This document shows positions 30,737 to 32,000 of a stretch of 32,000 nucleotides of DNA, piece after piece (the first letter of the stretch is position 1; every line of letters begins with the position of its first letter). The notes under the pieces are model-generated. The model was not told the DNA's origin, searched no databases, and saw nothing but the letters and a program-made list of their open reading frames with translations. Source of the DNA: Candidatus Pelagibacter ubique HTCC1062 (GTDB lineage Bacteria > Pseudomonadota > Alphaproteobacteria > Pelagibacterales > Pelagibacteraceae); contig NC_007205.1 in the NCBI RefSeq assembly GCF_000012345.1, positions 210,001 through 242,000 on the forward strand. The letters are read 5' to 3'. Both the position numbers and the translations under genes were made by a program.

Positions 30737-31897
30737 CTATTTTATAGCCTCTACTATTTTTTGTGCAGCATCATCTAAATTTTCTGCTGAAATTAATTTT
30801 AATCCTGAATTATCTAAAATTTCTTTTCCTTCTTTAAAGTTTGTTCCTGCAAGTCTAACTACTAATGGAACACTTATATTTATTTCTTTGGCAGCATCAA
30901 CAACACCTTGAGCAAGGACATCACATCTCATAATTCCCCCAAAAATGTTTATTAATATGCCTTTAACATTTTTGTCCGAAAGAATAATCTTAAGAGCAGC
31001 TGAAACTTTTTCTTTTGAAGCTCCTCCTCCAACATCTAAAAAATTTGCTGGCTCTTCACCATATAATTTAATTATATCCATTGTTGCCATTGCAAGACCT
31101 GCTCCATTGACCATGCAGCCAATGCTTCCATCTAGCTTTATGTAAGCAAGATCGTGTTTACTCGCATCTATTTCTGTGGGATCTTCTTCATTTAAATCCC
31201 TAAGCTCGATTATTTCAGGATGTCTAAATAAAGCATTAGAGTCAAAATTAACTTTTGCATCTAAACAAATTATTTTTTTTTCTTTAGTTAATATTAGTGG
31301 GTTAACTTCAACCATGTTGGCGTCTGTGCCTAAAAACATTTTATATACTGATTTTATCAGCGCTATTGCTTGTTTTTTTGCATCATCTGCTAAAGCATAA
31401 ATTGCAATTATTTTTTCACAGTCAGCATCAGAAATTTCATCAGTAATATCTATTTTAGTTGTTATAATTTTTTCTGGAGTTTTTTCTGCAACTTCTTCAA
31501 TGTCCATTCCACCTTGATCGCTGGATATAAATACTATTTTTGAACTTGCTCTATCTACTAAACAAGATAAATAAAATTCTTTATCAATATTAGAGGACTC
31601 TTCTACATATAATCTTTTTACTTCTCTTCCTGCTGGGCCAGTTTGATGTGTTACGAGTGTTTTTCCAAGCAATTCTTTTGCAGCAACACTTAATTCATCA
31701 ATTGTGTTTAAAATTTTTACACCTCCAGCTTTACCTCGTCCACCAGCATGAATTTGTGCTTTTAAAACAAATTTTTCTGTTTTTAATGATTTTGCTTTTT
31801 CAATCAACTCATCAACTGTAAAAGCAAAAACTCCTTCAGGAACTACCGCTCCATATTTTTTTAAAATTTGCTTGGCCTGGTGTTCGTGAATATTCAT
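30737..31897 (-). CDS. sucC: Succinyl-CoA synthetase beta subunit
   Basis: [16 protein letters not shown], the ATP-grasp motif [10 protein letters not shown], and the C-terminal segment [10 protein letters not shown] are present. Confidence 0.97.
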   Translation of the reverse strand: MNIHEHQAKQILKKYGAVVPEGVFAFTVDELIEKAKSLKTEKFVLKAQIHAGGRGKAGGVKILNTIDELSVAAKELLGKTLVTHQTGPAGREVKRLYVEESSNIDKEFYLSCLVDRASSKIVFISSDQGGMDIEEVAEKTPEKIITTKIDITDEISDADCEKIIAIYALADDAKKQAIALIKSVYKMFLGTDANMVEVNPLILTKEKKIICLDAKVNFDSNALFRHPEIIELRDLNEEDPTEIDASKHDLAYIKLDGSIGCMVNGAGLAMATMDIIKLYGEEPANFLDVGGGASKEKVSAALKIILSDKNVKGILINIFGGIMRCDVLAQGVVDAAKEINISVPLVVRLAGTNFKEGKEILDNSGLKLISAENLDDAAQKIVEAIK

Positions 31898-32000
31898 TAT
31901 TTAGAAAGATCTGGATCTATTTTAGATGCAGCTTCCCATAATGCTTTCACAGCATCTATAGAGTGCATAAATTCTTTTTTTTCTTTTTCATCTAAATCTA
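31897..32000 (-). CDS. mdh: Malate dehydrogenase (LDH-like type), C-terminal end only
   Basis: Manual reverse-complement translation gives ...DLDEKEKKEFMHSIDAVKALWEAASKIDPDLSK-stop, with TAA at 31897-31899 sharing its last A with the sucC ATG (TAATG). The L..EK..F..S...V..L.EA...I.P.L pattern resembles alphaproteobacterial Mdh C-termini. mdh-sucCDAB-lpdA is the conserved alphaproteobacterial order. Only 34 codons are visible. Confidence 0.7.
   Translation of the reverse strand, partial: DLDEKEKKEFMHSIDAVKALWEAASKIDPDLSK

Overview
This is an AT-rich, extremely gene-dense stretch of alphaproteobacterial core genome. Gene order, class I LysRS, near-zero spacers and base composition best fit a streamlined SAR11/Pelagibacterales-type genome, but that assignment is an inference and was not searched. 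I support 31 protein-coding genes, 2 of them truncated at the window edges. Minus strand: pyrD(partial)-lysS. Plus strand: trkH-ampG-NlpC/P60. Minus strand: tyrA-hisC. Plus strand: metX-metW-gloB and rplU-rpmA-obg-proB-proA-nadD-rsfS-ctpA-rppH. A 14.6 kb minus-strand block follows: mdh(partial)-sucC-sucD-sucA-sucB-lpdA-priA-atpH-atpA-atpG-atpD-atpC. Using the longest-ORF coordinates, only about 550 of 32000 nt are non-coding. Many neighbours share start/stop nucleotides (TAATG, ATGA) or overlap by 8-20 nt. I see no tRNA or rRNA genes, CRISPR array, transposase, integrase, phage gene, toxin-antitoxin pair or defence-type gene. Every sizeable ORF has a confident housekeeping assignment. My honest conclusion is that this is an ordinary core region with no evidence of a novel multi-gene system. 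The most useful second look is the 191-nt hisC/metX spacer, the largest gap here. It holds a promoter-like element followed by a pseudoknot-capable leader that may be a SAM-II/SAM-V-type riboswitch. The other observations are low to moderate in interest: a translationally coupled AmpG plus apparently cytoplasmic SH3b-NlpC/P60 pair, a palindrome that encodes both stop codons of convergent rppH/atpC, a hairpin abutting the obg start, non-ATG starts, an A11 tract inside sucA, and apparent synteny deletions.
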